Assembly: GCA_034780895.1 (NCBI GenBank)
Contig: JAUZTB010000017.1
Location: 16,802,197 to 16,866,196 of the forward strand
DNA: 64,000 nt
Direction of reading: 5' to 3'
DNA from: Rhynchobatus australiae
Lineage: Eukaryota
Numbering within the stretch: position 1 is the stretch's first letter; each line of letters begins with the position of its first letter. Both the position numbers and the translations under genes were made by a program. The notes beneath the pieces were generated by a model. That model made no database searches. It was given only the letters and a program-made list of their open reading frames with translations, and was not told the DNA's origin. Shown in pieces: positions 60,751 through 64,000 of this stretch.

Positions 60751-62529
60751 GTTCTTGGAGCAACTGAATGTCCAGATGTGAAAAACAACAAAAAAAGATG
60801 CCCAAGAGCATATTTTTGTCCTTCACAGCTGGTCACTTTCAATCCCATCCTTTAACAATGACAACAATTAGTGAGCAAGTCTTTGTGTCTATGACTCATT
60901 ACATGTTGCTTTGCAGGAAACTAATGACTATGAATGACTGGAGACTAGCACTGTGTCATAGAGAAGAGTTTCAACCATCCCAGATCTTGTAACTCCCACT
61001 GGGAAGTGTCTTGAGGAGGAGGGGAGTGTACATTGAGGGACAAGTGGATCTGGATGCCTTCTGTGGTGCATTTGTTTGCAACATTGACATTTTTGACCTG
61101 TATATGAATCAACATTGTGGTTAAATCTAATTTTTCCATTAATACAGATGACGTGACCTTGAATTTAATGCCATCAGGTTATCTACTGCAAATGCACAAA
61201 TCTTCAAGTTAATTGACAAAAAAGACATCCAATTTCAAAATATTTCATTTCCTATTGTTTCAAAAATATTGCAAACAATCTAGTATATTAATAAGCCAAT
61301 TGATAAGTAGTGAGGTTTCAAGATGTACAGCCTTTGAAATTTTTCTGCTGAATAACTTTCAGAGATGTGGTAGAAGATCCTATTTATTTAGCTTCACGAT
61401 GTTATGTCTAACACTGCAAGGGGNNNNNNNNNNNNNNNNNNNNNNNNNNNNNNNNNNNNNNNNNNNNNNNNNNNNNNNNNNNNNNNNNNNNNNNNNNNNN
61501 NNNNNNNNNNNNNNNNNNNNNNNAGCTTAACGATGTTATGTCTAACACTGCAAGGGGAAAAGAATTTACCAAACCAAACAATAATTACTCGTAAATGTCT
61601 AAAGTGAAAAATAAAAAAGAAGCTAGGCTAAACTGATCAAAAACTGACAGGAAATGCTCAATGCAATCCATTTTCTTGTGACATTTTAATGAAATGAAAT
61701 CCTGGCAATTGTTCTATTGCTGTGTGTCACTTTGCTATTGCCACTTTGCCGTGTGTCTAATCTAGATCTCTGTGGGAAAACAATCATCTGCCTTCGAGAT
61801 TTTGGCATAGTCATTAATTAGACCACACTAAAATCATGATACAATACTATTGTTAATCACAAACACCACCAAGAAAAATTAGGAATTTTGTGTCTTTTTC
61901 CTCATTGCACCACATCAATACATTTAATTAGACAGGCCTATAATCATAGAAATTTACCAAGGACATTAGGTACATTATGCTTTTACATAATTAGTTATAA
62001 CCCCCTGCCTTTTCCTCACACCTTCTCCAACTTCATTTTTTCAAATATTCTCCCAACTTCCACTGAATAAGGAGATGAGTTCAGAGCTGTTCCAGGACTA
62101 CAACAGATAATCGAGACCAATATTAAAGAAACAAACTACATTGTCAGGGATGTTGTTTTCAAATGAGAAATTAAATCAAGTATTCCTTGTCAGTGGAAGT
62201 AATTTACTGTATTTCAAAGCACTAATGAAGGGAGAACATGGGAATTCTCTCACACCATTCTGTGTATTCTGAGTTCACCACAACCTGATACTCCTCTAAT
62301 AAGGAAAAAAATCCTTCTTTATGATAAACTTAAATTCATGCATTTTGAGCAATTTTTCCACATTTATCTCATCAAAACTCAATATTTTTGAATGTCTAAC
62401 ATAAATATGCACTGTATGTTTATTATACTCTCACTAAAATATGAGATATAATTGAAGAGCTAAGATGTGCAAGAATATCAGTTTTCAATAATGCATGCTC
62501 TTGATGGCAGGCAAATGATCAGATTTCAG

Positions 62530-62900
62530 AAATTCAATGAGTATTGCTGAAATATGTAGATGATACCAAATTAATGGGGCTAGTGGAATTGGAGGAATCA
62601 GCTCAGAAATTACAGAATGAGTTAGATAAAATATGTAAGTGGGCAGAACAACGACAAATGACATTAAATGTAGCCGTGTTAAATAACAGCATGCAGGGAG
62701 AGACAGGCAACTTGTACTCTGCGAATGGTGATAAAATAGCAAAGATCATTGCTGAAAGATAACTGAAATTCTTAATGGATTCAAAGCCTGACTAATGAAG
62801 TGCTGAAATCACCAAAGCCACAGAATATTGAATAACATGGCCAAAGACAATGCCAATGAATGCCATGATCAATCTTTACCTTATTATCAGTTCTGCGAGT
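62530..62900 (+). mobile_element. Old CR1-type RT fragment
   Basis: ORF 62544-62762 'LKYVDDTKLMGLVELEESAQKLQNELDKICKWAEQRQMTLNV' matches CR1 (F/Y)ADDTKL...LQ.DLD.L..WA..WQM.FN. Confidence 0.85.
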
Positions 62901-62999
62901 AGTGTTTGGTGCTGAGCAGGAAGCAGTGTAGAGGGCAACAAGGCTGCTCTAATGTCATGAATCTCAGTGGAGATTTTAACATAAAGGAAAGTAACTTTA

Positions 63000-64000
63000 C
63001 TCATGGGACGTGGACAGCAGTCATCGTTTTGAGATGGTGGCATTAAGCTTGCTTATTCATCAGCTTCAGCCCATGTGGTGAAGGTACTTTTTGTTGTAGT
63101 TGATGAAGGCACAGTGTTGTAGGGCCTGTCCTGGAATCAGGAAGGTGTGCAACTTGGAGAGAATGTGGCACAATGGTGCCCTCATATTCTTGCTGCTTTC
63201 GTACATCCTGTTTATGATGCCTATTATAGAAACATAGCAACTATGATGCAAGGAATGAATACTTAAGATGGGGGAAAAGATGCTGACAAGATACACTGCT
63301 TAAATGTTGCTGGAAATGCAATCATTCCATCACAATGTTGACATCTCCTTTATACAGACCTAATTGCCTTTGGAGTCATTTGCCACAGATTACCCAGCCT
63401 CTGATATGCCTTGTTTTCACCAAGTGTGTGTGACTGGTCCAGTAATTTCCTAGTGACTGTTGATCTCCATGTCGTCAGTGATGGGCGTATTCAATAATGG
63501 TATAGCTATTAAATAGTAATCGAAGGTGGAGAACTGACCTTTGTTGGAGTGGTTCATTGCCTGGGACATATGTGGTACAAATACCAGCCGAAGCTGGGAT
63601 CTTGTCCAGATCTTGCTGCATGGACAGACTCCTTCAGTATGAAGAATTAAGCCAGGAAATTAATTGTGTTCATCAACAGATTTGAGTTTCTTACCCTATG
63701 GTAAAAGAAAGATCAGTAATGAAAGAGGTGAAGGTGATTTGACCTTGGGCATTGCCTGAGGAACACCCGCAGTGATGCTCTGACTGAGATGACTGGCTTC
63801 TCTCAATTGCAATCTTCTTCCTCAATGATGGATATGACTCTGGCCAAAGGAGAGCTTTTCTGATTCGAATTTTATTAAGGTTTGTGGGCATCATAGTTGG
63901 TCAAATGCTGTGTTGACACTAAAAGATATCTTTCCCTCCTCACCTCTGGAATTAATCACTTTTGTCCAAGTTTGGAACAAGATCATAATGAAATCTGGAG
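63000..64000 (-). mobile_element. LINE family B 3' ~1 kb, continues beyond window
   Basis: GGTCAAATGCTG..TTGA...CTCACCTCTGGAATT...TTTTGTCCAAGTTTGGA.CAAG aligns with 54110-54200. The left end TCATGGGACGTGG aligns with the 46413 terminus. Confidence 0.8.

Noticed and set aside
1-64000. A prokaryote-style novel system (CRISPR array, operon, defence island, prophage) or an endogenous virus
   Set aside because: No gene-dense region, no regular repeat-spacer array, no long ORFs and no viral motifs. The sequence is eukaryotic non-coding DNA dominated by TE relics.

Overview
This is AT-rich, CpG-depleted vertebrate genomic DNA with 17 N-gaps. The repeat content (CR1-type LINEs with TCTATGT-like tails, V-domain tRNA SINEs, Deu-domain SINEs, RTE, L2, Rex/Babar-like LINE tails and Penelope GIY-YIG relics) points to a cartilaginous fish, probably a ray or other batoid; this is inferred from recalled repeat consensus shapes, not from a search. 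I could not support any intact protein-coding gene, RNA gene, CRISPR array or operon-like system. Every ORF with recognisable protein motifs is a decayed retroelement, so the window reads as intron or intergenic DNA, with dense nested TE stacks at about 30.3-36.4 kb and 51-56 kb. The most interesting structures are: a ~440-bp multi-segment palindrome (56.6-57.1 kb); a 3' stem-loop shared by the V-SINE and a Rex-like LINE; decayed hammerhead-ribozyme motifs at the Penelope ends, some arranged as palindromic mini-elements; a CR1 with an inverted duplication; an isolated 59-bp direct repeat; and a few unverified exon or enhancer candidates. Family names and boundaries are by eye (about +/-20-50 bp for old elements).
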